Shown here: positions 19,110 through 29,400 of the stretch, piece after piece | Numbering within the stretch: the stretch's first letter is position 1 | How the letters are laid out: each line of letters begins with the position of its first letter | IMG/VR virus record: IMGVR_UViG_3300025770_000019 | Location: 1-62,375 of that record | Origin: a virus | Lineage: Duplodnaviria; Caudoviricetes | DNA length: 62,375 nucleotides | Direction: 5' to 3' (one strand) | Translations under genes and position numbers: made by a program | The notes under the pieces: model-generated | Database searches by the model: none | Told to the model about the DNA's origin: nothing | What the model saw: the letters and a program-made list of their open reading frames with translations, nothing else

Positions 19110-22100
19110 TGTTGTTCTCCTGTTATAAAATCGACTTCGTCGTTGTACCTATCGTACTGCTTGCCACCTCGTAACCCACCAGCTCCGCGATCTCTGCGTG
19201 AGTCTCTACGGTTTTGTAGCGACCGACGCATTGTCTTCGGGGTTATTCGTACCCCCTTCCGCTGATTGTTACGCAGGTTGAACGCTTGAATCTCTTTACG
19301 TACTGCCTGCACGGTGCTACGGTCGCCAACAAGTTTAGCTTGAGCGTACCGCCTCAGCAAGTCACCTCTAACCCCCTCCACAGCCTGCTTTACCTTAGAC
19401 CTACGCATGTTTGCGGTGTAGTAGTCTGACACTTTGGTTGGCGCAAACCCCATGTACTGCATCAGGACGTCAGCAGAGTCGAAGCCCTCTGGCCCTATGA
19501 TCGGTTCGCCTGATCGCTCAGTCAGCCCCTGATCGCTCAGGTTGTAACCCTTGAATAAGTTCTGCACTCCTTTCGCTGGGACTATCTTCTCCAGCCCCTT
19601 CATAAAGCGACCGCCCTCACCGGTAGACGCTGCGTCGACCATTGTGTTCACCCCGTCGTAGGCGTTGACGCCGTACGCAGGTGCTGCACCTAATGCAGCA
19701 ATTATTGTCTCGGCCACCGTCTCTCTAGGCGTCTCGCCCTCACGTCTGAACGGCAGAGCGAACAGTAAATCCCCCATACCAATTCTACGAGATACATCAA
19801 GCCCACCTATCGTTGGCAGTCCGTGCATCATCGCTCGGGCGAAGTCAGCGCCATCTTCTCCACCCCCACCGAACTCGCTCCAAAACTCCCGCAGTGCCAG
19901 CTCCGCGTCAAACGGTTCATCGTCGTCGTCTCCGAACACCTCGGTAGCCAAGTTCGCTAACCATGCAATCGAGCCAGCTAACGGCATACCAGTCATACCA
20001 CCCATAATCCCGGTGGTGGTGAACAGCCCGAACAAAGTATTACGTGCTTCCCGTTGCTCCTGCTTCGTGGCGTTGGAGTTAAACATCGCGTCTTTCATGT
20101 TCTTAGTTATCAGGTACACCATGCCCTGCTGGTACTTCCTGAACTGAAACACGATCTTACCTAGCGCACGTGACCCTGCTACCTCCTGCATGTAACGAGG
20201 TGCGTTCAGTCCTGAGTAGTCGAGCTGTGTTTCGTTCACGCCTTGCAGCGCGTACTCAGTTGCTTGTGCGTGAACCTGCTCAGCACTCAACGTGCTGTCG
20301 CCCTTCAGACGCTTACTCTCCAGACGGTACGAGGCTAAGGCGGTAACGGCTCGGTTGGCGAGTTCGCTAATCCTAACAGGCGTGTTAAGTATTTGTATGT
20401 ACTCACTGTTACGGCTGAACTGACTGGCTATGCCGGAGTCGGAACCACCTTTGGCAACTGCGGACAGGTCGTGCTCGATAGTGATGTCTAGCTTGTTACG
20501 CTCCAGCAGCTCCTGCATCATGCGAGACTCGTTGGCCGGTAGCTTACCTTCCCAGTCAAACTCCATGCGCCAGCCCCCGTTACGGAACCCGCCCTCTTTA
20601 ACCCAATTCGACTTTATTATTTTCCCGGTGTCAGCGTACGCTTTACCTATCGCAGAGGTAGCGCTACGTACGCCATGTCGTGCAGCTAACCACGGAGCCG
20701 TTATCATCGGCACCTGAGACATGTTCGTCGCTATGTACGCTGGAGACAGACCCAAGTGAGCCATGAAGCTGAGCGTCATAAACGAATCAGCGATAGGACT
20801 TTCGTCGTGCTCGTACACCATACCCGCACGGTTGTTAATCTCGTTACGTACTCTGGTCGCTTCCCCTTCGTTTTGGCGAGAACCCATACCACGTATATCT
20901 AGCAGCGCTTCACCAACTTCTTTGGAGTGCTTCATGCGGCTGATCATGTGCGCGTTCTTCACAGCAGAGTCGGAGAACACCTGTCTCATGTCCTTGTCTG
21001 CCCCATGTACGCCCTCTCGCTTAAGCTGGGATTTAGCAGCGGCGTTACCCGGCAACATGTCTGCGTACATGTACTCAAGGATGCCCCGCACTTTACCCTT
21101 GGCATCAGGGGTGAGGTCACTACTGGCAAAGTATTTTTCGATAGCAGCAATGTCTGGAGCGTCCCTAATCTGAGCTTTGTACAGGTCGGTCGACTCTTGG
21201 TAGTAGCTGGCCCCCATCCGCTTCTCTAGCTGGCGCTGGCGTTCACGAGCCTCGTTTACAGTTTTGAACGACTCCGCGATGTAGTGGTTAGGGTCTTTGC
21301 GTAACTGCGCCATCAACGCTTTGTCTTTGCCTACTAACGGCGCTTCGTCGTTAGCGTTCATCAGGGCTTCCAGCTCACTAGACATGCCGACCGTGTAGTA
21401 CTTGTTCAGCCGCTTCAGTGGGAAGTACGGCCCTTTGATCTTCTTCATGGACTCTAAGTCGCCGGTCAGCTTGTCCAAGTTTTGTGGGTTATCCGCAGCG
21501 GCGGCGTCAAGTATCGCGCCCTCCAGTATCGCCACCTTATCGTTGTGCCAGTGAGTGAACTCGTCGCGCACAGTTTCATACAACGTCTTTACGTCGCCGT
21601 CTAACTTGTCAAAGTTCCGCTTGAGCTTCTGCTGCTCCGGTGTTTGTGGAGCATCTTTCGATGGGTCGTACTGCTCCAACGTGGTGTCGATCATCAGCGC
21701 GTTCATAGCTTCTATTTGCTTAGGACGGTCAGACTGAATTGCAGACCACACCTTGTTAACTGAGTGCGCGTCAGCGAGTAGGTCTTTAGACGTTCGCTGT
21801 ATCTTATGAACCGCGTCGACGTAGTTACGAACCTGCGGGAATCCGGATCGGTCTGCTATCTGCTCCAGCGTCAGCCATCCTAGCTTGCCTTTCTCGTACG
21901 CTGTGAATACGCCGGGGAGAGTTTCCTCTACCTTCCACGCTATCTTGTCAGAGATGGCGCTCATCTCTGTGCTGACACGCTCTGAATTTGACTCGCCGAA
22001 CTTAGCCATCGAGATTGGGAGTACGCCTTCCCAGTCGCTTACCGGCTTGAATACTACCTGCCCTTTGTCGTTAAACTCCGTTGTGTATCTACCTGACTTT

Positions 22101-25100
22101 ACTGCGTCGTCCAGTACTTGTATCAGGTCGTCGATGTATTCTTCTGTAGCAGTGCCGTCGGCGATCTTACCGATTAAGTCTTCTCGCCCCATCGCTACGA
22201 TAGGGTTGAGGGTTTGTCCTGAGCGCGACTCATTCTCGTACACGTTTACAGTGGCCTGATCTCCGGCTTCTGTCGTTTGGAACTCATGCGCAGCGTACTG
22301 GCCCATCAGCTCTTTGTTAAGTCTTCGCATCAGCGCGAGAGTTTCTGTCTCACCTACCTCTTTGCCTGCCAGTTTATGGAACCCGTGACGACGCAGCCAC
22401 TGCTTGAACTCACCGACTGCCGCTTTAATGTCGTTCCACAACCCAGCGTTAGTCTTTCGCCCCATAGAGTATGCCATCATCTCCTCGAACAAGACGGCTC
22501 TAGCTCGCAGCAACCCCATGTCGGAGTCGAGGAACTCTTTTTCGTAGTGCAGGAGCGCGTCGCTAACGCCTAACTTATCCGCTAGTGCGAACAGTTTGTC
22601 GCGGCCCATACCGAGACTAACGCTTGCCATGGCACCTGTGCGGTCTGCCCCGAACATAGACGCCGCAGCAACGTGAGTCATTTCATGGAGCACCGTGTCT
22701 TCGATGTCAGCCAAACTTGAGTGCGAATCTGAGACGATGTAGGCCGTGAAGAATGGTTCGTTGCCTGTCTTGAACGTCGTCCTCGTATTCATCACACCGA
22801 ACAGCGTTGCGCCGCCCAGCGCTTGGAACTCCGCTTGAATGTGAGCAGGTAGGTCGGAAAAAGTCTCTACCACCTCTAGCTTCCAACTCCCATTGGCACG
22901 CCAACCTCTGGCACTAGCGATCCTGCTGGCTACCCGCTTCGCAGCTTGTGCAGTCACTCCTGTTTTCTTGCCTTTGGAGGTGCCTTCGTACGCGTACATG
23001 TCCCCCTTCTCCGTGGGGATCACACGCCTAGACTTCTTCGTCGTTATCTTACCGTCGGCCGCTAGTTTTTCTGCGAGTCCTTCGATGGCTTGTTGTTGTG
23101 TCTGGTTTTCAGAAACAGTCGTGTCCCCGAGTCCAGTCTCGCCGGGTTGTTCCTGAGCTGCTTGCTGGCTATCGTCTCGGCTGAGTCGAGCAGACGCTTC
23201 ACTCCGTTGTTCTCTGGCGCGGTCATTTTGTATCTCCTGTAAAGCTCGCTGTGCACTGTTGACCAGACCTCGGGCCGACTGTTCACCTGTAGCAAGCATC
23301 TCAATAACTGTCTGCTGGTAGCCGGGGGTCAGCTCTGCAAACGGCGTCTGCGCAACTCCCTCTGGCTCGTTCTGGGCGGTGCGATCATAAATCGTCTCCC
23401 CCATACTAAGGGTTTCGTCGTTACGGAACGCTTCCAGTAGCTCTACGTGGTTGGCAGCGCTCTCCTCTTGCAGTCGTGCGTTCTCTGCCCTAATTGCTTC
23501 GTCTGACTCTCGGGCGTCTTGCTCCTGCTGGAACTTACCGAACCACTGGCGTTTTTGTGACTTGGACTGCGCCGCCCACTTCTTACCTGTCTGAGTCTCG
23601 AACTCAGTTTTAACCATCTCCGCAACGGCTTCGTTTTCCAGTAGGGCGTCCACTCGCGTCGCGTCGGTAACGTCGAACGCACTTATGCCCGACACCCCCT
23701 TCGTCTCATCTCGTATGGTGAAGCCAGCACCTTCAGCCAACTCCTCTTGAGCGACGGCTTCCACTTCTTCGTCTTGGTTAGCTAGCGCTTGCTCGTCGGC
23801 TACCCCACCTACAAGCTCGGCCTCGTCCACCACATCCTCTTGAGCGGCCTGCTCCGCGTTCATCTCTCGGCGGCGGGTGTTGATCTGGCCCAGTGCGTCG
23901 TACATGTCGACGCCCATAGAAGCCTCGACCTTCCCTCGGATACCTTTCAGGTAGTTGCTCACCGTGTTGCGCTTCATGCCTGTGCGGTCAGCGATGGCTT
24001 TGGGTGATACGTTACTCTTAGAGTTCTTCTTGCTGAGGGAGACTATAGATTCCATCTCGTCGTTCACTGCTGCGTCAAGCAACAGGTTCCAGACAGTTTG
24101 TTCACCATCAGTAAGTCCCATGTCCTGCTGACCCACCTCCAGAACGTCCATCAACTCCGCGTCGGTAGCTTTCACTGGCTCTGCAACAGTCTCAGTGGTC
24201 TGCTGCGCTGCGGGAGCTGCAACCACAACCGGAGCTACGGGGTTTTCTCCGCGCTCAACGATAACCTCACGCACCAGTGCTTTCTTCCACTCGGAAGTCT
24301 TCGCGTTGGTCAGCGTTTCACGCAGCTTAGACAGCGGCACCTCTCGATACCGTAGCAGCATTCGTTGTAGGTCAGCGTTAGGTGACCCGTCTTTAGTGCT
24401 GGCCTTTACCAGTGCTTCTCGCCCCGCCGCAGTCTGAAATATGGGGTCGCTGACAAGGTCTCGTCTTTGCTGCTTCCGCGTGCGCTTAGGCTCGTTCGTC
24501 TTCTTAGCCAGTGCGTCACGAGTAGCTTGGTCCGCTTTCTCCTGCGTGTCCGGAGGTGTAATAGAATCAGGCTCGTCGACGAGGTTCTCAACCTGAGTGG
24601 CCTTCCCTCTACCGGCGCGGCGTTCTATCCTACTGGCTACCGCACCTACAAAATCTCTGTACGCCCCGGTTGAGGGGTCTAGCTCTTGCGTGCTCGTGTT
24701 GCCGTTCGAGTCGGACAGTTTTACGTACGGGTTACCTTCGTACGGAATTGGTAGGAACTTCTCTGGTTGATTTTCGTTGTGCGCCCAGATAGCACGCAGC
24801 TCCATTACCTCCCCTTCTGAAAGGCGGCGCTCGATCTGCGTCTCTTTATCGTTGGCGTAGATTGCAGGTTCACTCGGAGCGTCGTAGGCTGCTTTAACGT
24901 CAGCTTCGCGCTGCTTAGACTGCTCTTTGGTTGGGCGCTTCGGCGTCGACTGATCAATGGCTTCGCCCGGCGTCTGACCATCCAGAATATTCAGCTCTGC
25001 ATCAACTCCGACGGCTTCAAGACGACCAAGTATCACGCGCTGGTTAGCAGCGCTATCTGGAGTGAACTCGACGTCGGGAGTTGTAGGCGGAGGGCTGTTA

Positions 25101-26170
25101 CCTTCGCCATCTCCGGTTATGTCTGTCCCACCTAAATCTGGTTCACGTTGTGGTCGTAACCCACCTACTACACCGCCAGCCAAACCGCCAGCAGCAGCAC
25201 CGGCGAACGCGGCTTGCCATAATTTGTTTCGGTAGTCCTGCTGTTCCTGAAGGTCGTCGTCAAACGCCTGAACCTCAACGTCAGAGCCTAGGTCTTCCAG
25301 CATGGTCTGCCCTGATTCCGTCGCGCCCTCTACTGCAGCCGCCGCACCGAAACCTTTAAGCCCCCGCTTAACAACACCGCCGGAGGTGAGTGCGTCGCCT
25401 AACTTACCGGCCGCACCCTGCGGTAGAAATCGCCCCGCCCCTAGCAAGAACAGGTCACTGGCGAACTCAAGCGAGCCTGCGGCTGTGCCGTAGAACGCAG
25501 CTTTGACGTTATCTACTTCGTCGAGCGTGTTGCCGCGTGCTATCTGTTCTTCACCGGCCTGCCCATACGTAGAACCGAGTCCCTGCCCAATCGCGTTAAC
25601 ACCTAAACCGCCAGCGAACCCGCGCTTAGCAGCTTTCTTAATCTGGTCTTTAGTGGCGTGTTCAGCTAGTTTCTTCAGCCCACCCTTGGCTAGCTGCTTA
25701 CCAGCAAAACCTGCGAGTCCGCCGCCAGCTAGATTAGACAGCCCGAGGGTCGTGTAATACTGTGCAGCATCGACGTAGTCACCGCCGGTGGCCTCGTCAC
25801 TTTGTAGGTGCTCAAGTTCAAACGCGGGACGCTGATGCGCCTGCATCGCCTCCATGCGTTCTTGGTAGGTCTCGAACAGGGCGTCGCGGGTATCAGTAGC
25901 GCCGACAGAGTCAGCGACCAGTGCGCCAACACCTGCGCCCAACCCGACTATCTGGTTACCGTAGGTGCGTATGCCGCGTTGGAAATCCCCGCGTGTGTTT
26001 TCAGGTTCAGGTGCAACCGCTTCGCGTCGTGTACCGCCCATAAGCCCAGCGCGGACAACGTCACGGTTAACCCCTACATCATCAGCATAGCTATTGAGTA
26101 AGTCCTCGTCAGACTGATCAGAAAATTCAGGGTATTGATCTCTGACGTCTTGCAACGAATTGACAGGCAC
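19106..26170 (-). CDS. Large polyvalent/ejection protein (HTH, zincin-like HEXXH, PLxRFG-like C-terminal region)
   Basis: 2354 aa; Gly/Ala hydrophobic N-terminal segments; SPKAIADRTGMKRNTVSNYL; VLHEMTH; PYFPLKRL. Confidence 0.8.
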   Translation of the reverse strand: MPVNSLQDVRDQYPEFSDQSDEDLLNSYADDVGVNRDVVRAGLMGGTRREAVAPEPENTRGDFQRGIRTYGNQIVGLGAGVGALVADSVGATDTRDALFETYQERMEAMQAHQRPAFELEHLQSDEATGGDYVDAAQYYTTLGLSNLAGGGLAGFAGKQLAKGGLKKLAEHATKDQIKKAAKRGFAGGLGVNAIGQGLGSTYGQAGEEQIARGNTLDEVDNVKAAFYGTAAGSLEFASDLFLLGAGRFLPQGAAGKLGDALTSGGVVKRGLKGFGAAAAVEGATESGQTMLEDLGSDVEVQAFDDDLQEQQDYRNKLWQAAFAGAAAGGLAGGVVGGLRPQREPDLGGTDITGDGEGNSPPPTTPDVEFTPDSAANQRVILGRLEAVGVDAELNILDGQTPGEAIDQSTPKRPTKEQSKQREADVKAAYDAPSEPAIYANDKETQIERRLSEGEVMELRAIWAHNENQPEKFLPIPYEGNPYVKLSDSNGNTSTQELDPSTGAYRDFVGAVASRIERRAGRGKATQVENLVDEPDSITPPDTQEKADQATRDALAKKTNEPKRTRKQQRRDLVSDPIFQTAAGREALVKASTKDGSPNADLQRMLLRYREVPLSKLRETLTNAKTSEWKKALVREVIVERGENPVAPVVVAAPAAQQTTETVAEPVKATDAELMDVLEVGQQDMGLTDGEQTVWNLLLDAAVNDEMESIVSLSKKNSKSNVSPKAIADRTGMKRNTVSNYLKGIRGKVEASMGVDMYDALGQINTRRREMNAEQAAQEDVVDEAELVGGVADEQALANQDEEVEAVAQEELAEGAGFTIRDETKGVSGISAFDVTDATRVDALLENEAVAEMVKTEFETQTGKKWAAQSKSQKRQWFGKFQQEQDARESDEAIRAENARLQEESAANHVELLEAFRNDETLSMGETIYDRTAQNEPEGVAQTPFAELTPGYQQTVIEMLATGEQSARGLVNSAQRALQEIQNDRAREQRSEASARLSRDDSQQAAQEQPGETGLGDTTVSENQTQQQAIEGLAEKLAADGKITTKKSRRVIPTEKGDMYAYEGTSKGKKTGVTAQAAKRVASRIASARGWRANGSWKLEVVETFSDLPAHIQAEFQALGGATLFGVMNTRTTFKTGNEPFFTAYIVSDSHSSLADIEDTVLHEMTHVAAASMFGADRTGAMASVSLGMGRDKLFALADKLGVSDALLHYEKEFLDSDMGLLRARAVLFEEMMAYSMGRKTNAGLWNDIKAAVGEFKQWLRRHGFHKLAGKEVGETETLALMRRLNKELMGQYAAHEFQTTEAGDQATVNVYENESRSGQTLNPIVAMGREDLIGKIADGTATEEYIDDLIQVLDDAVKSGRYTTEFNDKGQVVFKPVSDWEGVLPISMAKFGESNSERVSTEMSAISDKIAWKVEETLPGVFTAYEKGKLGWLTLEQIADRSGFPQVRNYVDAVHKIQRTSKDLLADAHSVNKVWSAIQSDRPKQIEAMNALMIDTTLEQYDPSKDAPQTPEQQKLKRNFDKLDGDVKTLYETVRDEFTHWHNDKVAILEGAILDAAAADNPQNLDKLTGDLESMKKIKGPYFPLKRLNKYYTVGMSSELEALMNANDEAPLVGKDKALMAQLRKDPNHYIAESFKTVNEARERQRQLEKRMGASYYQESTDLYKAQIRDAPDIAAIEKYFASSDLTPDAKGKVRGILEYMYADMLPGNAAAKSQLKREGVHGADKDMRQVFSDSAVKNAHMISRMKHSKEVGEALLDIRGMGSRQNEGEATRVRNEINNRAGMVYEHDESPIADSFMTLSFMAHLGLSPAYIATNMSQVPMITAPWLAARHGVRSATSAIGKAYADTGKIIKSNWVKEGGFRNGGWRMEFDWEGKLPANESRMMQELLERNKLDITIEHDLSAVAKGGSDSGIASQFSRNSEYIQILNTPVRISELANRAVTALASYRLESKRLKGDSTLSAEQVHAQATEYALQGVNETQLDYSGLNAPRYMQEVAGSRALGKIVFQFRKYQQGMVYLITKNMKDAMFNSNATKQEQREARNTLFGLFTTTGIMGGMTGMPLAGSIAWLANLATEVFGDDDDEPFDAELALREFWSEFGGGGEDGADFARAMMHGLPTIGGLDVSRRIGMGDLLFALPFRREGETPRETVAETIIAALGAAPAYGVNAYDGVNTMVDAASTGEGGRFMKGLEKIVPAKGVQNLFKGYNLSDQGLTERSGEPIIGPEGFDSADVLMQYMGFAPTKVSDYYTANMRRSKVKQAVEGVRGDLLRRYAQAKLVGDRSTVQAVRKEIQAFNLRNNQRKGVRITPKTMRRSLQNRRDSRRDRGAGGLRGGKQYDRYNDEVDFITGEQQ

Positions 26171-27502
26171 TTACTTAACACCCCTGTCAGGGAAGCCATC
26201 CCCCAACATCGTTTTCATTAGTTGGAACTTACCTTTAGCGGGGAGGTTTTCCCAGAACTCCCACCCCGGCTTAATTTCCCCATCGGTATCGTATGCAAAC
26301 TGACCCAGCGAGTCCTCGATGGCTTCGACCCCGTCGATTATGTTCGCGTTAGCCTCGTTGGTGCGTTTCGCACCTTCATTGGCGAGTTCAGCTTCAACAG
26401 CAGCCATCTTCGTGTTGACGTCTTCCATGTACATTGCGGCAACTTCCTTACCCTGCACCTGAGCTTTCATCCAAGCGACGCCCTCGTTGTAGCTACCGCT
26501 GAACACTTCACGAGTGGTTTTACTTTTCTCGTTGTTGGCAGCTATTGTTGTCGCGCCTTCTTCGTCGGTAACTACGTTGTAGTGCCAGCCGGGAGAGAAG
26601 TTCTCGTCATCGCTCCAGATTTTAGCCATGCCTTGTAGCGTGTCGGCCCTGTCCATACGTGCAACGATTGCTGTTTCACCGAGAGCGCGTTGTTTGCCTG
26701 TAGTGCTAGTTTCGTTATCGAGCCACCTATCTTGCACGTCAGCGTGCGCTCCTCGGTACACATCAGACTCCCTGAACGACTCTCGATCACCGTCGTACTC
26801 GCCCCACGCGGCAGACAGTGCGTCGTAGCCAGTGTTGATACGGTTGGTTCGATCCTGCGCTGTGGTAGCTGCGTCGATGTTCTCCGCTCTGGCTAAGTTG
26901 AGAGCGGTCACGCCATTTGCGCTGTTTATGCCCGTCGCAACTTCAGTGGCAGTGAAAGCGTCCTTGTACGCAGTGTTAGACTCAGTGTTATCTTCAACGT
27001 CAGACTGCTTACGTTGAGCCAGCGCATGGGTCAGCCCGAATTGGCGGTCGTTCTCTCGATCCCTATCTAACTGACGTTCAGCGGCGGTTAGTGAGTCTGC
27101 GCGTTGGTACGCGTCGTTCGCCTCGTCAACAAGCCCTCTCGATGCCATAGCATTAGCACGAGCTGACTGGAACTCAGCCTCAGACATAGGTGCACGCGGT
27201 GCTGGCCCTAACCCTTGCACGGGGTTGTTGGGTGACATTGGCCCGGCGTTCGGGCCAGTCTGCAACGGGTTGGGTCTGATAACAGGGGAGGATAGCCCTT
27301 GCTCAGCTCCAAGTGGATTGTTCTTCGCGCTCTCCGCTACGAAATTGTTGTAGTTGTCGTAGTTCTCTTGAGTCTCAGAACGCAACGCACCGATTTCTTC
27401 CTCAACGGCACGTAAATCCCGCTTTCGCCGCGTCGCATTGAACGCATCAATAGCGCCTTCAGCCGATAGTTGACCGGCGCGCATACCTGCTGCGAATCCC
27501 AT
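26171..27502 (-). CDS. Putative internal virion/ejection protein
   Basis: GAGGAGG SD; position directly before the giant protein; helical Ala-rich. Confidence 0.65.
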   Translation of the reverse strand: MGFAAGMRAGQLSAEGAIDAFNATRRKRDLRAVEEEIGALRSETQENYDNYNNFVAESAKNNPLGAEQGLSSPVIRPNPLQTGPNAGPMSPNNPVQGLGPAPRAPMSEAEFQSARANAMASRGLVDEANDAYQRADSLTAAERQLDRDRENDRQFGLTHALAQRKQSDVEDNTESNTAYKDAFTATEVATGINSANGVTALNLARAENIDAATTAQDRTNRINTGYDALSAAWGEYDGDRESFRESDVYRGAHADVQDRWLDNETSTTGKQRALGETAIVARMDRADTLQGMAKIWSDDENFSPGWHYNVVTDEEGATTIAANNEKSKTTREVFSGSYNEGVAWMKAQVQGKEVAAMYMEDVNTKMAAVEAELANEGAKRTNEANANIIDGVEAIEDSLGQFAYDTDGEIKPGWEFWENLPAKGKFQLMKTMLGDGFPDRGVK

Positions 27503-28539
27503 TAGGCAACCTCCTCAGTGATCTCAACCATTCGTGAGTTCAGCACAGTGTAGTCAACAAGCTGGAACCCGTCTTCTTCATACACCGCGTTCGGGTACTT
27601 CTTCTCAACTTCGTCAGCCATAAATCCTATGAATGTGCGTGATGGGTCTGTCTTATAGCTGAACTTGTAGAAGTTAAGGTCGAGGCTTTGGTCGTACCGG
27701 TGGAATACAATGTCTTGCTTCAACCGCCGGTCAGAGGGTATTAGCCCCATCGCAGCCCCACCAAGTCCCATCATACCGCCGAACATTGCTCCAGCACGCT
27801 CTTGGTTGTGGCCGTATATTGCTGTTTGGTTACTGGCGACGTTAGACAGCCCTTGAATACCTGTCTGATACCCAGCGTTCATCGTCTGCCCACCAGCGCC
27901 TAGCCCTCGCATATACTGGTCGCCTGCCGCCATGGACGTTCCTGCACCGGCTGACCCTGCGCTGGTAGCTCCTTGGTACGCTGCTGTTGATGCGCCGGGT
28001 AAGTTACGCCCCAAGCCTGCGGCGCTGGTCATGTACGCCTGCCCTCGATTCACAGCCTCAGTGCTTGCTCTAGTCATGGAGTTAGCAGTTGACGCAGATA
28101 GGCCAAGTGCCGCTTGCTGTCGAGCTGCTTGTGCTGCGGGGGAGTTGGGGTTTACGCCGCGAGCAGTGTTGAACCGGCTGAGTTGTCCTTGTGTATTGTC
28201 GAACGCTCTGGCGGAAGCAGCGGCTGCGTCACCTGCCCTACCTTTACGGTAAGAGTCAGTGCTAAAGTTCTGCGCATCGGACACAATTTGCTGCTCGACA
28301 GGACGGAACGTATTCACGTTATAGTCGTAGTAGTCCTGCGCGTGCTGCATCTGCTGATCCTGAGCAGCTATCTGCCCCTGAGCTATGCTCTGTAGGATGG
28401 GACTCAACTCATCGTACTGGCGTTCAGTAAAGTCTATTTGTCTGTTGCCGAGGTCACGCATAACACCCACGGCTTCCCGTGAGACGTTTTCTAGCCCGGT
28501 CATATCAGGCGCGGGTGGATTTGAGGATTTCTTTCCCAT
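27502..28539 (-). CDS. Putative internal virion protein with C-terminal peptidase S74 (intramolecular chaperone) domain
   Basis: MGKKSSNPPAPD start, Ala/Gly/Gln-rich body, SDRRLKQDI...GFMADEVE...VDY. Confidence 0.8.
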   Translation of the reverse strand: MGKKSSNPPAPDMTGLENVSREAVGVMRDLGNRQIDFTERQYDELSPILQSIAQGQIAAQDQQMQHAQDYYDYNVNTFRPVEQQIVSDAQNFSTDSYRKGRAGDAAAASARAFDNTQGQLSRFNTARGVNPNSPAAQAARQQAALGLSASTANSMTRASTEAVNRGQAYMTSAAGLGRNLPGASTAAYQGATSAGSAGAGTSMAAGDQYMRGLGAGGQTMNAGYQTGIQGLSNVASNQTAIYGHNQERAGAMFGGMMGLGGAAMGLIPSDRRLKQDIVFHRYDQSLDLNFYKFSYKTDPSRTFIGFMADEVEKKYPNAVYEEDGFQLVDYTVLNSRMVEITEEVA

Positions 28540-28963
28540 CAATATTCTCCAGCCAGCGGGTTGCGTCCGCCGGGGTTAGGACTAATACCTGCATGTCACC
28601 GTCAGTAGCAGCGTCTTTCATTATAAATTCTTCACGAAATCCTAGGTGCTTATCGAATGCGATAACGTCCACCTCGCTCACAGGCACCATGCCGGTAATT
28701 CGCTTTAGTTTACACAGGTTAAAGGCGTAATCACACACAGCGCTAAACAGGGGCACGATTAGCTTCGTCTTAGACCTGATGGCAATGTGCACCAAACAGT
28801 TCCTACCGTTGTAGTTGTTGAACACCACCCCGGCTAGAACTGAGTTATCTTGCATGATACCTATGGCGGAGAACCCGCCCCAGCTCGCGTCCTGCCCGGT
28901 CTGCACGGCAACCCATGTCCCGATAAGGTCTTTACGGTCTAAGACAATACGCGCTTTGTTCAT
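28505..28963 (-). CDS. GNAT-family acetyltransferase-like protein
   Basis: YAFNLCKLKRITGMV...FDKHLGFREE; position between tail and ejection genes. Confidence 0.8.
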   Translation of the reverse strand: MNKARIVLDRKDLIGTWVAVQTGQDASWGGFSAIGIMQDNSVLAGVVFNNYNGRNCLVHIAIRSKTKLIVPLFSAVCDYAFNLCKLKRITGMVPVSEVDVIAFDKHLGFREEFIMKDAATDGDMQVLVLTPADATRWLENIDGKEILKSTRA

Positions 28964-29400
28964 TGCGGTGGCACCGGGATGACTACCTCTGACAAAGACT
29001 GGGCATCTTTGTACGTAGTTGGTAGGTCACGTAGTTCTTGGCGGTATGACTGGAACGCTGCAACTTGTTCATCAGATAACGGAGAACCGGGCAGTTGAGT
29101 CCAGTCTGACGCTGTTAGTAGCCTGTCTCGCTGTCGACGTATGCCATCAAGGAGCGCAGCGTTAACCTGTGCAGCGTCTAGCTTCCATGATTTTGTAGCG
29201 TAGTCGAACTCATGGTCGTCACTTGGGCATGGGGGGAGTTGCACAAGTTCGCCGGATACGACCATGAGTTCGTCAACACCTGCAGTCAGTTCCTCGACGA
29301 CGACCGCGTCGCGCTCTTTGATGTTGGCATCCACAGCTGTCCTCGGCCCCGTGACCCAGTCAGTTATACGACCCTCACTGTTATAGAAAAGCGCAATCAT
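28960..29400 (-). CDS. Tail fibre assembly chaperone
   Basis: IRRQRDRLLTASDWTQLP...YRQELRDLP. Confidence 0.88.
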   Translation of the reverse strand: MIALFYNSEGRITDWVTGPRTAVDANIKERDAVVVEELTAGVDELMVVSGELVQLPPCPSDDHEFDYATKSWKLDAAQVNAALLDGIRRQRDRLLTASDWTQLPGSPLSDEQVAAFQSYRQELRDLPTTYKDAQSLSEVVIPVPPQ

